Of a stretch of 64,000 nt of DNA, positions 39,108 to 49,440 are shown piece by piece. A program made the position numbers and the translations under genes. Under the pieces are notes generated by a model that made no database searches, was not told where the DNA came from, and saw nothing but the letters and a program-made list of their open reading frames with translations. The stretch covers positions 832,001 to 896,000 of the forward strand of contig JBGANV010000002.1 in assembly GCA_044222185.1 (NCBI GenBank). Reading direction: 5' to 3'. Source of the DNA: Planctomycetota bacterium (GTDB taxonomy: Bacteria; Planctomycetota; GCA-002687715; CAIWVZ01). Each line of letters opens with the position of its first letter. Position 1 is the first letter of the stretch.

Positions 39108-41273
39108 GTGCCCATCGGGCGACAGGCGCCCGCAGGGAGCACTTCCACGGTTCGATATCCACGACACCTTTGGAATGACGGCCATGACCCGCTCGCAGAC
39201 GATGCAGAGGGGTGGTTCCGGCGATTCTGGGCACGCAGCCACCGCTCCAAGCCGTCGAGCCTGTACGTCGACTACGCGGTCGCCCAGAGGATCCGCACCT
39301 TCGAGGGGATCGAGGCACGCCGCGCGACGGACCGCAAGACTGGTGAAGAGGTCTTCCTCGAACTGATCGACAGATCGCCCGCATCGCAGGTGCGACAGGA
39401 AGAGTACGCGCGGTTCCGGCGCGACTTCGAGGCGATCGCTGCGCTGAAGCACGAGAACATCCTCGCTCCGATTTGCGAGCGCGCGATCGACGGTCAGCGC
39501 TACATCGTTCGCAAGTGCGTGGACGCGGCGTCCGCGGGAGAGGTCTTCACCGTGAGCGGGGCAACGACCGACCAGGTCGTGAACATCGTCCGCCAGGCTG
39601 CAGCCGCGATCGCGTTCGCCCATTCGCAGGGCATTCACCATCTGAACGTCACACCGCAGAGCGTGCTCGTGGAGCCGAACGGTCACGTCTGGGTCGCGGA
39701 TTTCGGACTCGTTCGCGATCACGTGGCGTTCTCGGGACCGCGCGCGACGTCCGCGAACCTGACCGCCTTCGGTTGCCTGCCGCCCGAGCGCCTCCTGTTC
39801 GACATGCGGAGGATGGGGCCACAGACCGACGTCTACGGGCTCGGTGCGCTCCTGTATCTGGGCCTCACGCGGAAGGCTCCGCACGCGGGCAGGCGCGCCG
39901 CGGACGTGGCCGCCTCCATCCTCGGCGGCGCTCCGAAGCTGGCGATCCCGGGCGATGCCCCCGGAGTGCGCGGACTCGAGGCGGTTTGTGCCCGGGCGTT
40001 GCGGTGCCGCATGCCCAGGTTCCCGGACGCGGCCGCGTTCCTGCAGGACCTCGATCGTGCGAGCCGAAGCGCTCTCATGACGAATGACGAACCGGACCCG
40101 TCGGCGCGACGCGCGCGGCCGACGAGATTCGCGTGGATCCTCGGAGTCGTCGTCGCGCTCGCGTGCGGCGTCGCATGGCACGTTCCTGACGCGAACGACC
40201 TGCACACGACCCGCGCCATGGAGGTGATCGCCAAGGCGCAACGCGACGGACATCCCGACGACGCGGCGTGGATGGCAGATCAGTGGCTGCAGGTCGTCAC
40301 GGGAGAGTTGCGCAGCGATCTCGCCGAGGCCTGGATCGGAGCCGAGATCGAACGGGCCGTCGTCCAGGCGAGTGCGCGCCGGCCAGATCGGGCCGATGCG
40401 ATCCTGGAGATGGCCACGACGCGCTGGAAGGAGGAGTGGAAGGGACAGCCCGCGCGGGCCGAGAAGCTGCTGTCGACCGGCCGGGCACGAATCGACGAAG
40501 TACGCGGAGGGACGGTCGATCCGGCCAAGGGCAGCGTCGCCAGCGTGCTCCAACCTGCCGACAGGCGGGCGAGACTGCGGGACGTGAACGCAAAACGCCT
40601 GACCTACGCGTTCTGCGCCATCGCCCTTCTGGCGGCGCTCGTGACGTCCGTGAGTCGGCGTGCATCGGAACAGATCGGCCTCGGCGCCGCGCTGACGATC
40701 CTGGGAATCGCCGGGCAGTTCGTCCGCGCGGATGTCCCGCTCGCGTGGTTGCTAGACGGCGTCTACGCGGCGGTGGCGGCGGCCGGGACGTACCTGGTGG
40801 CGCGCGCGCTGCCGTCGGGCGGCACCCGCATTCCGGCGTTTCTCTTCGCGGCCGCGGCGGCCGTGCGCTTTGCGACCGAGTTGATCGGGCGGCCGTTCGA
40901 GACTTCGCTCGCCTTCGACCTGCTCATGATCGCCGGCTCGGCCATGGCCGCGGTTCTGGTCGTGGCGGGCGCCCGCGTCGTTCCGGCGCGGCGGCTGCTT
41001 GGTTGGGTGGCCGGAGTCCTCGCCATGGCCCTGTGCGTCGTCGTCGTTCGTTACCGCGGCCTGATCCCCGTCGGGTCGCTGCTCGCGAGCGACGGAGGCG
41101 ACTGGCCGGAAACGGCGCCTTACGTGTGGTGTGTCCGCATCGCGGCGCTTGCGATCCCGGCGCTCCTCGTCGGGTTCACCTTCCAGGCGCTGCCGTACGG
41201 CGGCCGATCGCCGGCTGCGCGTCCGGTAATCCGCAGCACGGCTCGATACGGTTCGGCGCTCTATCGCGAATGA
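39108..41273 (+). CDS. Ser/Thr pseudokinase fused to a polytopic membrane domain
   Basis: Kinase fold (LKHENI, DFG, TDVYGLG) but VFLE replaces VAIK and HLNVTPQS replaces HRDLKPxN. Several C-terminal TM helices. Start uncertain. Confidence 0.72.
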   Translation: MPIGRQAPAGSTSTVRYPRHLWNDGHDPLADDAEGWFRRFWARSHRSKPSSLYVDYAVAQRIRTFEGIEARRATDRKTGEEVFLELIDRSPASQVRQEEYARFRRDFEAIAALKHENILAPICERAIDGQRYIVRKCVDAASAGEVFTVSGATTDQVVNIVRQAAAAIAFAHSQGIHHLNVTPQSVLVEPNGHVWVADFGLVRDHVAFSGPRATSANLTAFGCLPPERLLFDMRRMGPQTDVYGLGALLYLGLTRKAPHAGRRAADVAASILGGAPKLAIPGDAPGVRGLEAVCARALRCRMPRFPDAAAFLQDLDRASRSALMTNDEPDPSARRARPTRFAWILGVVVALACGVAWHVPDANDLHTTRAMEVIAKAQRDGHPDDAAWMADQWLQVVTGELRSDLAEAWIGAEIERAVVQASARRPDRADAILEMATTRWKEEWKGQPARAEKLLSTGRARIDEVRGGTVDPAKGSVASVLQPADRRARLRDVNAKRLTYAFCAIALLAALVTSVSRRASEQIGLGAALTILGIAGQFVRADVPLAWLLDGVYAAVAAAGTYLVARALPSGGTRIPAFLFAAAAAVRFATELIGRPFETSLAFDLLMIAGSAMAAVLVVAGARVVPARRLLGWVAGVLAMALCVVVVRYRGLIPVGSLLASDGGDWPETAPYVWCVRIAALAIPALLVGFTFQALPYGGRSPAARPVIRSTARYGSALYRE

Positions 41274-41280
41274 CCGATCG

Positions 41281-41757
41281 GTGGATGAGCCGACACTTCG
41301 CTCGACCATCGCCTCGTTCACCACTCGTGGATTCGTCGTCCGGAGGGCAGGCGTCGCACCGATCGTCGGTCTGTCCGCGGTCACGTCCGCCGCAGCCGCG
41401 GGGAGTTCCCATGGCAGGAGACTTCCCGAATTGCTCGCGCGCGTGCTCGTGCAGGCGGCAATCCTCTTGCTCCCGATCTCCGTGATCGTGCGACGGTGCG
41501 GAGAGGTCCGCTGGGCGCTCGTGATGTCGTCGGTGGGCCTCGTCGCACTCGATCAGATCGCGACGGGACACACGTCGGTGTACGACCTCATCCCAGGCAC
41601 GGCATGGAACTGGCAGGGCAAGCTTGCCGCCACAGCGATCGCACTCGCGGTGCTCACCGCCATGCCGGCGCGAGGGCGGACCGGATCGCTGTCGATGCCG
41701 ATGGCGCTCCATGCACTCGTCAACACTGCACCGTCGGTCGCGCGCACGCTCAGGTGA
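41281..41757 (+). pseudogene. Probable CPBP (CAAX/Abi) metalloprotease remnant
   Basis: WNWQGKL is joined almost directly to RTGSLSMPMALHALVN (CPBP motif-4-like). The central EExxxR motif is absent. Confidence 0.45.
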
Positions 41758-42125
41758 TGTCGAGGCCGAGCCCGCGGCCCGGGACGTATCGGCGTCGTCT
41801 GAGCGCCACCATCGTCTGAGAACACCTGCGACGACCGCGTCCCCCTCGCTGAGTCGCGATGCCTGAGTTCCGCGACGCACGGTCGACGCGCAGCGCGCTC
41901 GACCTCCATGCGAGATCGGCCTTCCGAACGGCGCGTCGCCTGTCTGAGGAGGCACGCACGACCATCGTCCTCAGCTTCGACGGCGATCGCGACGCGGATG
42001 CGATTCGTTGCTCATGGAGACGACACAGAGGATCGCGCTCACCCGATCCCGGCCGAAGCCTGGCGCCAAACCAACGAGGTATACTCCGCCCCGACGTAGC
42101 GCCCCCGCACCGGAGGAGTCTGATC

Positions 42126-43730
42126 ATGCACGATTCTTCGTCCGAACGATCTCGACCGCAGCCGAAGGGCGAACCGAGATGGGACGACAATCGGTTCCGC
42201 CTCATCGTCGAGGCCACGCCCAATGCGATGGTGATGGTCGACGCGCGAGGACAGATCGTTCTGGTCAACTCCCAGGCCGAGCGACTGTTCGGTTACTCGC
42301 GGAAGGAGATGATCGGCCAGGCCGTCGAGATGTTGCTCCCAGAAGAACGCCGCGGGCTCCACGAGGTGTTCCGGCGCGAGTTCGCTTCCGAGCCACAGGC
42401 TCGCCCCATGGGTACGGGACGCGACCTCTACGGCCGGCGCAAGGATGGCACCGACGTGCCCGTGGAAGTCGGCCTCAGACCCATCGTCCAGGACGAAGGC
42501 CTCCACGTGCTGAGCTCGATCATCGACATCACCGAGCGCAAGCGATCGGAGCAGGCATTGCGCGACGCCAATCATCGCCTGGAGGTTGCGCTCGCGGAGT
42601 TGGCTTCGGCCCAGGGAAAACTCGTCAAGCGCGAGCGCCTGAGCGCGCTCGGCCAGATGGCGAGTGGCATCGCCCACGATTTCAACAACGCCCTCGCACC
42701 CATCGTCGGATTCACGGAACTGATTCTCGAGTCGCCGGACGCCGTTGCGCCGTCGCACCGCGCCGACCTCCGGGTCGTCCACACTGCGGCCTGCGACGCG
42801 GTGAACGTCGTTCGACGGCTTCGGGAGTTCTACCGACCGCGGGACCAGCAGGATGCATCGGTCCCGGTCGACCTCGTGGAAGTCGTCGAGCAGGCGATCG
42901 CCATGACGCAGCCCAAATGGAAAGACGAGGCTCTTGCGACCGGGGTTTCCATTCGGGTGATGACCGACCTCGTCGACGTCCCGGTCATCTCGGGTGATCC
43001 GCCCAGCCTGCGTGAGGTCCTCGTCAACCTGATCCTGAACGCCATCGACGCCATGCCGAGCGGAGGAACACTCTCGATCTCCACGCAGAGCGCGGGGGAA
43101 GTGGCGGAATTGCGCATCCGCGACACTGGGACGGGGATGACTCCCGAGGTTCGCGATCGTTGCTTCGAACCGTTCTTCACGACGAAGGGCGAGCGCGGCA
43201 GCGGCCTCGGGCTGGCGTTGGTGCACGGAGTCGTCAGGCGGCACAGCGGTACGATCGATCTCGTCTCCGAGGTGGGGAAGGGAACCGAGTTCACCATTCG
43301 CATTCCCACGCCGACGCGGCGGGCGTCGCCCAGCAATCGTCCGAGCCGGAATCCCGCGCGGCCTCTACACGTTCTCGTCGTCGACGACGAATTCCTCCCG
43401 CGCGAGGTTCTCGTTCGCTTTCTGTCGTCCGACGGACACACGTGCGAAGTCGCGACGAACGGCCGCGAGGGTTTGGACAAGTTTCACGCGGGGAGCTTCG
43501 ATCTCGTCGTCACCGACAGCGCGATGCCAGACATGAACGGCGAGCAGCTCGTTGCCGCCGTCCGTGCGGTGAACCCGGAAATCCCAATCGTCATGGTGAG
43601 CGGCTTCGGAGACCTCATTGCGGCGTCCGGGAAGGTTCCGCCGGGCGTGACGCAGTGTCTGGGAAAGCCCGTGACGCTTTCGGAATGGCGCAAGGCACTC
43701 GACCAGTTGAATCAGGACAAGGGGAGCTGA
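42126..43730 (+). CDS. PAS-domain hybrid histidine kinase with receiver domain
   Basis: PAS (NSQAERLFGY, DITERK), GIAHDFNN, EPFFTTK, GSGLGL, receiver VLVVDDE..TDSAMP. GGAGG RBS. Confidence 0.92.
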   Translation: MHDSSSERSRPQPKGEPRWDDNRFRLIVEATPNAMVMVDARGQIVLVNSQAERLFGYSRKEMIGQAVEMLLPEERRGLHEVFRREFASEPQARPMGTGRDLYGRRKDGTDVPVEVGLRPIVQDEGLHVLSSIIDITERKRSEQALRDANHRLEVALAELASAQGKLVKRERLSALGQMASGIAHDFNNALAPIVGFTELILESPDAVAPSHRADLRVVHTAACDAVNVVRRLREFYRPRDQQDASVPVDLVEVVEQAIAMTQPKWKDEALATGVSIRVMTDLVDVPVISGDPPSLREVLVNLILNAIDAMPSGGTLSISTQSAGEVAELRIRDTGTGMTPEVRDRCFEPFFTTKGERGSGLGLALVHGVVRRHSGTIDLVSEVGKGTEFTIRIPTPTRRASPSNRPSRNPARPLHVLVVDDEFLPREVLVRFLSSDGHTCEVATNGREGLDKFHAGSFDLVVTDSAMPDMNGEQLVAAVRAVNPEIPIVMVSGFGDLIAASGKVPPGVTQCLGKPVTLSEWRKALDQLNQDKGS

Positions 43731-43819
43731 GGCGACCACGCACCCACCGGGAGGTGCGTTTCGGGTTGGCCGTCGACCTTTTGTGACGTCCGCAGGACGC
43801 CGATACTGGACGACGAGCC

Positions 43820-44557
43820 ATGCCGCACGTTCTCCATACCGGTCCTGCCGCTGATGCATCGGCCACGCTCGCGGCGATCCGCGAGGTCGGGTTCGACGTC
43901 GTCAGCCTGCCGTCGATCGTCATCGAAGCCGTCCCCGTGGACGAACCGCTGCGGCAGGTCGTCGCGGCGCATGCGCCCATCGCCGCGGTGATCGTCACGA
44001 GCCGCAACGCCCTTGCTTCGCTCGCCGAGCTTCGACCCTGGATCGATGGCGTCGATCTTTTCGTGGTCGGCGCGGAGACGGCGCGGCGTGCGGAGGCCCT
44101 GGGCTGGCGGCCCGCCGCCGTGGGGCGTGACGGCGCCGACCACCTGGCCGATCTCGTTCTCGCACGGGGCGATCTGCGAGGCCGGACGGTTCTCTTCCCG
44201 TGCGGCGATCGCGCGCGCCCCACGATCGTCGAGCGTCTGACCTCCGCCGGGGTGGCCGTGATCGCGCTTGGCGTCTATCGAACGCGTGGCGAGGTCATCG
44301 CGCCGGGTCGGCTGCGGGACGCCGTGCCCGGAGCCCAGGCAGTGATCTTCACGAGCCCCTCGGGAGTGGAGTCGTTCCTGGCGTCCGCGACGGCGGCAGG
44401 GCTCGCTCACGAGGTGAGGACTCTCCTCGCGTTGAGTTTGGGGCGCACGACGGATGAGGCGGCGGCCCGGGCTGGCTTCGGGCGACGGGCCGTGTCAGAA
44501 CGTCCCTCGCCGCGAGCCCTGGCCGATGCGCTCGCGGCCCGATTGAAACAACCATGA
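43820..44557 (+). CDS. hemD: Uroporphyrinogen-III synthase
   Basis: IVTSRNA, VVGAETA, VYRT, FTSPSGV, LGRTT; coupled to hemB. Confidence 0.88.
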   Translation: MPHVLHTGPAADASATLAAIREVGFDVVSLPSIVIEAVPVDEPLRQVVAAHAPIAAVIVTSRNALASLAELRPWIDGVDLFVVGAETARRAEALGWRPAAVGRDGADHLADLVLARGDLRGRTVLFPCGDRARPTIVERLTSAGVAVIALGVYRTRGEVIAPGRLRDAVPGAQAVIFTSPSGVESFLASATAAGLAHEVRTLLALSLGRTTDEAAARAGFGRRAVSERPSPRALADALAARLKQP

Positions 44558-45561
44558 CTGCTGCATCCGACGACCGGTCCCTTCGCGAGCATCTCGTCAA
44601 ACGCCCGCGGCGGCTCCGCGGACACCCGGCGCTGCGTCGCATGGTGAGCGAGACGACGCTCACTCGTGATGACCTGGTGCTCCCGCTGTTTTGTGTCCCG
44701 GGGAAGGGCGTCCGGACGGAAGTCAGCTCCATGCCGGGCGTCTTCCGCGAATCGGTCGACTCGATCGCCGAGACATGCCGCGCCGCGCAAGACCTGGGAA
44801 TCCCTGCAGTGATCCTCTTTGGGATCCCCGAGACGAAGGATGCGGCAGGCACGGCGTCCTGGGATCCGAATGGAATCGTGCAGCGCGCGCTCGACGCCGT
44901 GGAGAAGGCCGCGCCGAACGTCCTGCGGATCGTCGACCTCTGCTTCTGTGAATACACGGACCACGGCCACTGCGGCGTCCTTCGAGCGGATGGGTCGCTC
45001 GACAACGACATGACGTTGCCGAACCTGGCGCGGCAGGCGACGTCGCTGGCGGGAGCGGGCGCGCAAGTGATTGCACCCAGCGGCATGCTCGATGGCATGA
45101 TCGCTGCGATTCGATCCGCGCTGGACGCCTCGAAGTTCTCGGACACTCCCATCCTCTCCTACGCCGCGAAGTATGCCTCCGGGTTCTACGGGCCGTTCCG
45201 CGATGCGGCGGACTCCGCGCCCGCGTTCGGCGACCGCCGGGGCTATCAACAGGACCCCGCCAACTCGGATGAATCGCTCCGCGAGGTGGCCCTCGACCTC
45301 GAGCAGGGCGCGGACATGGTGATGGTCAAGCCCGCGCTGCCCTACCTGGACATCATCCGGCGCGTGAAGGACACGTTCGGTGCGCCGACGGCGGCGTACC
45401 AGGTGTCCGGCGAGTACGCGATGATCAAGGCGGCCGCGCGCAACGGCTGGATCGACCACGACCGCGTCGTGGACGAGTCACTGCTGTCGATCAAGCGGGC
45501 CGGCGCCGACTTCATCCTCACGTACTTCGCCCGCGAGGTCGCCAAGCGGCTGCCCCACTGA
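44554..45561 (+). CDS. hemB: Porphobilinogen synthase (Zn-type)
   Basis: [37 protein letters not shown]. Confidence 0.97.
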   Translation: MTAASDDRSLREHLVKRPRRLRGHPALRRMVSETTLTRDDLVLPLFCVPGKGVRTEVSSMPGVFRESVDSIAETCRAAQDLGIPAVILFGIPETKDAAGTASWDPNGIVQRALDAVEKAAPNVLRIVDLCFCEYTDHGHCGVLRADGSLDNDMTLPNLARQATSLAGAGAQVIAPSGMLDGMIAAIRSALDASKFSDTPILSYAAKYASGFYGPFRDAADSAPAFGDRRGYQQDPANSDESLREVALDLEQGADMVMVKPALPYLDIIRRVKDTFGAPTAAYQVSGEYAMIKAAARNGWIDHDRVVDESLLSIKRAGADFILTYFAREVAKRLPH

Positions 45562-45587
45562 TTCCCTCCGCGAGAACGAGCTTCCGC

Positions 45588-46883
45588 ATGAATTTCACCC
45601 GAAGTGAAGAGCTGATGGCGCGGGCGTCCACCGTGATTCCCGGGGGCGTGAACAGCCCGGTGCGCGCCTACAAATCCGTGGGCGGCACGCCGCCGTTCAT
45701 GGTTCGCGGCGAAGGCCCCTACATCTTCGACGAGGACGGCAACCGGTACGTGGATCTCGTGCTCTCGTATGGGCCGCTGATCCTCGGGCACTGCCATCCG
45801 AAGATCCGCGAGGCGCTGCATCGCTGCGTCGATCTGGGGACGACCTTCGGCGCGCCGTCGCGGGGCGAGGTCGAGATCGCCGAGCTCATCACGCGGTGGA
45901 TGCCGTCGATCGAGCAGGTGCGCCTCGTCAATTCGGGCACCGAGGCCACCATGGCGGCGATCCGCCTCGCGCGCGCCGCGACGGGCCGCCCGTGCATCCT
46001 GAAGTTCGACGGGAACTACCACGGCCACGGCGACTCGTTCCTCGTGAAGGCGGGCTCCGGTGCGTTGACGCAAGGTGCGCCGGATTCGCCCGGGGTCCCG
46101 AAGTCGTTGGCCGAGCTGACGCTCGTCGCCCAATACAACGATCTGCCGAGCGTCGAGGCGATCCTGAAGCAGCGCGGCGCGGAAGTCGCGGCGATCATCG
46201 TCGAGCCCGTCGCGGGGAACGTCGGATGCATGCTGCCCGACCCGGGCTTCCTCGCGGGATTGCGTGCGCTCTGCGACCGCCATGGCGCGCTCCTCATCTT
46301 CGACGAGGTGATGACCGGGTTCCGCGTCGCAAAGGGCTGCTACCAGTCGATCTGCAAGGTCAAGCCCGATCTCACGACGCTCGGGAAGGTGATCGGCGGG
46401 GGGCTGCCGGTCGGCGCCTATGGCGGTCGCCGCGATCTGATGCAGCGCATCGCACCGGCGGGTGACGTCTATCAGGCCGGCACGCTGTCCGGCAATCCGC
46501 TGGCGGTGGCGGCGGGACTCGCCCAGCTGCGCGAGATGGAGGCGAAGAACTCCTGGGTGGCGTTGGAGGATGCGGGCGCGCACCTCGAAGCCGGACTCAC
46601 GCACATCTTCGAGACGACGAAGACGCCGGCCGTCGTTCAGCGGCAGGGTTCCATGCTCTGCGTGTACTTCGCGAAGAAGACCTGTCGGACGCTGAACGAG
46701 GTCATGGCGTCCGATCGCGAGGCGTTCAAGCGGTTCTTCCATGGCATGCTTCGCCACGGAGTGCTCCTGCCGCCCTCGCCGTTCGAGTGCTGGTTCCTCT
46801 CGACGGCGCATGACGCCGAGGCGCTCGACCTCGTCCTCGACGCGGCGCGCATGACGCTTCGCGAGAACTCCTCGTCCGTCTGA
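45588..46883 (+). CDS. hemL: Glutamate-1-semialdehyde 2,1-aminomutase
   Basis: PGGVNSPVRA, NSGTEATM, DEVMTGFR, GKVIGGGLP. Confidence 0.97.
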   Translation: MNFTRSEELMARASTVIPGGVNSPVRAYKSVGGTPPFMVRGEGPYIFDEDGNRYVDLVLSYGPLILGHCHPKIREALHRCVDLGTTFGAPSRGEVEIAELITRWMPSIEQVRLVNSGTEATMAAIRLARAATGRPCILKFDGNYHGHGDSFLVKAGSGALTQGAPDSPGVPKSLAELTLVAQYNDLPSVEAILKQRGAEVAAIIVEPVAGNVGCMLPDPGFLAGLRALCDRHGALLIFDEVMTGFRVAKGCYQSICKVKPDLTTLGKVIGGGLPVGAYGGRRDLMQRIAPAGDVYQAGTLSGNPLAVAAGLAQLREMEAKNSWVALEDAGAHLEAGLTHIFETTKTPAVVQRQGSMLCVYFAKKTCRTLNEVMASDREAFKRFFHGMLRHGVLLPPSPFECWFLSTAHDAEALDLVLDAARMTLRENSSSV

Positions 46884-47845
46884 TGTTCCGATTCGGCATC
46901 ACCGACCTCACCGGATTGGCGTCCGCCGAATCGACGCCGGGGCGCGAGGTCTCGGCGCCGCTGTTGTGGTCCGCGCTCCACGCGGATCCGGAGCGGTGGG
47001 GTGGCCCGTGCCGCGCCGCGTTCAATCGCATGCGGATGGGGAACGGGGTCTACAAGTACACGGCGCCTCATCGGTTCGACGACATCATGCCCGCGCTCAT
47101 GGACGTCCTGCGGCGGGAACTCGGCGCGCAGGATCCGCTTCACGTTCATGACCTCGGCGTGAGCGACGGCACGACGTCCTTCGAACTGCACGCCGAGCTC
47201 GCGCGGCATTGGAAGCGGATCCGATTCGTCATGTCGGATTTCTTCGACTCGCTCTACGTCGTTCGATTCGAAGACTCGCCGTGGACGTGCATCCTCGACG
47301 CGACGCTGGCACCCATCCAATACGTCAGTCGCCGATTCGTGCTCACGCCGCAGCGGCGACCCGGCTGGCGGCTGCCCTTCAATCGACTCCTGCTGCGATC
47401 GGTGGAGCGCGCGCTCGGGCCGCGGGCGACGGATGCCGCGAAGCGTAGCGATCTCGCCGTGGAGCCTCCGAAGTCGCCGCCTGGCGTGCGGATCGAGCGC
47501 GTTCGCATGGTCACGAAGGCCTGTGCCGACCTGCTCGCCCGGGATTCCAACGTGACGTTCATCCGTCACGACGTGCTCACGCCGATCGCGGGCAAGTTCC
47601 ACCTCGTCCGCGCCATGAACGTCCTCAACCGGTCGTACTTCGATGCGGCCCAGCTCGCGCTCGCGATCTCCCACGCCCGCGAGGCCCTCCACGACGGCGG
47701 CGTCCTCGTCGTCGGCCGGTGCATCGACGAGCAGGATGGACGCAGCGCCACGACCGTCTATCGCAAGTCCGGCGGCAAGCTCGAGTTCATCACTCGTTTC
47801 CACGAGGGCTCGGAGCTGGAATCGCTGATTGGCGCGATGCGCTGA
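46883..47845 (+). CDS. Hypothetical protein with a class I SAM-methyltransferase/CheR-like fold
   Basis: VHDLGVSDG (motif I-like), HDVL, FHLVRAMNVLNRSYF, LHDGGVLVVG. TGATG overlap with hemL. Confidence 0.6.
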   Translation: MFRFGITDLTGLASAESTPGREVSAPLLWSALHADPERWGGPCRAAFNRMRMGNGVYKYTAPHRFDDIMPALMDVLRRELGAQDPLHVHDLGVSDGTTSFELHAELARHWKRIRFVMSDFFDSLYVVRFEDSPWTCILDATLAPIQYVSRRFVLTPQRRPGWRLPFNRLLLRSVERALGPRATDAAKRSDLAVEPPKSPPGVRIERVRMVTKACADLLARDSNVTFIRHDVLTPIAGKFHLVRAMNVLNRSYFDAAQLALAISHAREALHDGGVLVVGRCIDEQDGRSATTVYRKSGGKLEFITRFHEGSELESLIGAMR

Positions 47846-47866
47846 CGGTCCGCGGTCGCTCCGGGT

Positions 47867-49420
47867 TCACACGTTCCACGGGGGCGCCAGCAACCTTCGC
47901 TTGCCGTCGGCGGAGAGCGGCGGCGGATTGGCTCGATCGAACTCCCGATCCCAGAGCTTGCACGTGACTTCCACGTGGCGCTGATCGAGGGCCTCGCAGT
48001 AGTTGGTGAACGTGCAGCGGCGGACCTCGCTGCCACGACCAAGCTCGATCTTGCGGAACCAGTCCGGGTCGGCGAGTGACTGACGCGCGGCCGCGACGAC
48101 GTCGGCTTCCTGCCGCAGGAGAATGCCCTCGGCCTGGTCGAACGTCGTCACGCCGCCGGCGGTGACGATCGGGACCTGGAACCCGGCCTTGCGGACGGCA
48201 TGGCGGATTTCGGCGGAGAGGTGCACGTTGCGACCGAAGGGCCCGCGCGCATCCGACTTCACCGTCGGCATGCATTCGTGACCGCTCGGCCCCGTGTAGG
48301 GATAGACGGCCTCACCCACCTTCGGCTGCCTCGCATCGTCGAACTTCCCGCCCTTCGAGATCGAGAGGAAGTCGGCACCGGCGCGGGCGAAGCTCACGCC
48401 GAACGACACGGCATCTTCGATGCGGCTTCCGCCGTCGATGGCCTCGTCCCCGAGATAGCGAAGACCGACGCACCAATCGTCGCCCACGCGCTTGCGCACG
48501 GCGGAGAGGACCTCGATCGGGAGCCGCGCGCGGCCATCCAGCGTCGTTCCGTAGCCGTCCGTGCGCGTGTTCGTCCGTGAGAGGAACGAAGCCATCGTGT
48601 AGGCGTGGGCGTAATGAAGCTCGACGCCGTCGAAGCCGGCGCGCCGCGCCCGGTCGGCGGCATCGGCGAAGAGCGGGGGAAGCGTCCGCGGCAGGTCGTT
48701 CACGTGCGGGAGATGGACGTCCGTGACCCGCTCGCGGTATCCGAAGTCCAGATCGTCGCGCTCGCGCGGCGAGAGGATCGAACGAGCCTGCTCGATCGGC
48801 AGGCGGCAGAGCGCTGCCCGAACGACGGCGTCATCGGCCTCGAGCAGCGTGACGTCGCCGAGGACGCGGGCCAGACCCTCGCGATGCGTCTGGACGATCC
48901 GGAGGAACTGGCCGAAGAACCGGGCGGGCTCAGGACGGCGCCTGACGGCGAGGAAGTCGATGCACTGGATGAGGAGTCGAGTCTGACCGCCACTCGCGGC
49001 GCGCACGGTGCGCACCAGTTCGGCCAGCCCCGGGAGGTAGCGGTCGTGCCCGATGCGAAGCAGTGGCCCGCTCGGGATGTCGCGGATGCCGGTCGCTTCG
49101 ACGACGATCACTCCGGGCCGCCCTTCGGCGAAGCGCCGATACCAATCCAGCACCGCAGGAGTCACCAGGCCGTCGGCGGTGGCGCGCCACGGAACCATGG
49201 CCGGGACCCACGTCCGCGTGCGGGCCACGAGTGAGCGGCCGAGGCGGACCGGAGAGAACCACCGCGCGCGTCGCGCCTCCTCCGCCGACGGCCATCGGGC
49301 GGGCGGCAGCGAATGGAAGACGGGGGCGAAGCCTTTGCTGCGGGAGTCGTTCAAGCGGCCGATTCTATCGTCGACGCGTGACCCGGCGCACGGACGCGAA
49401 TAGACTGCGCGCCGCATCAC
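47867..49420 (-). CDS. NADH:flavin oxidoreductase (Old Yellow Enzyme family)
   Basis: GFDGVELHYAHAYTMASFLS, NTRTDGYG, ARQSLADPDW and a C-terminal CTFTNYC..C cluster. True start probably downstream. Confidence 0.88.
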   Translation of the reverse strand: MMRRAVYSRPCAGSRVDDRIGRLNDSRSKGFAPVFHSLPPARWPSAEEARRARWFSPVRLGRSLVARTRTWVPAMVPWRATADGLVTPAVLDWYRRFAEGRPGVIVVEATGIRDIPSGPLLRIGHDRYLPGLAELVRTVRAASGGQTRLLIQCIDFLAVRRRPEPARFFGQFLRIVQTHREGLARVLGDVTLLEADDAVVRAALCRLPIEQARSILSPRERDDLDFGYRERVTDVHLPHVNDLPRTLPPLFADAADRARRAGFDGVELHYAHAYTMASFLSRTNTRTDGYGTTLDGRARLPIEVLSAVRKRVGDDWCVGLRYLGDEAIDGGSRIEDAVSFGVSFARAGADFLSISKGGKFDDARQPKVGEAVYPYTGPSGHECMPTVKSDARGPFGRNVHLSAEIRHAVRKAGFQVPIVTAGGVTTFDQAEGILLRQEADVVAAARQSLADPDWFRKIELGRGSEVRRCTFTNYCEALDQRHVEVTCKLWDREFDRANPPPLSADGKRRLLAPPWNV

Positions 49421-49440
49421 CCGCCAATGGAAGGTCCACC

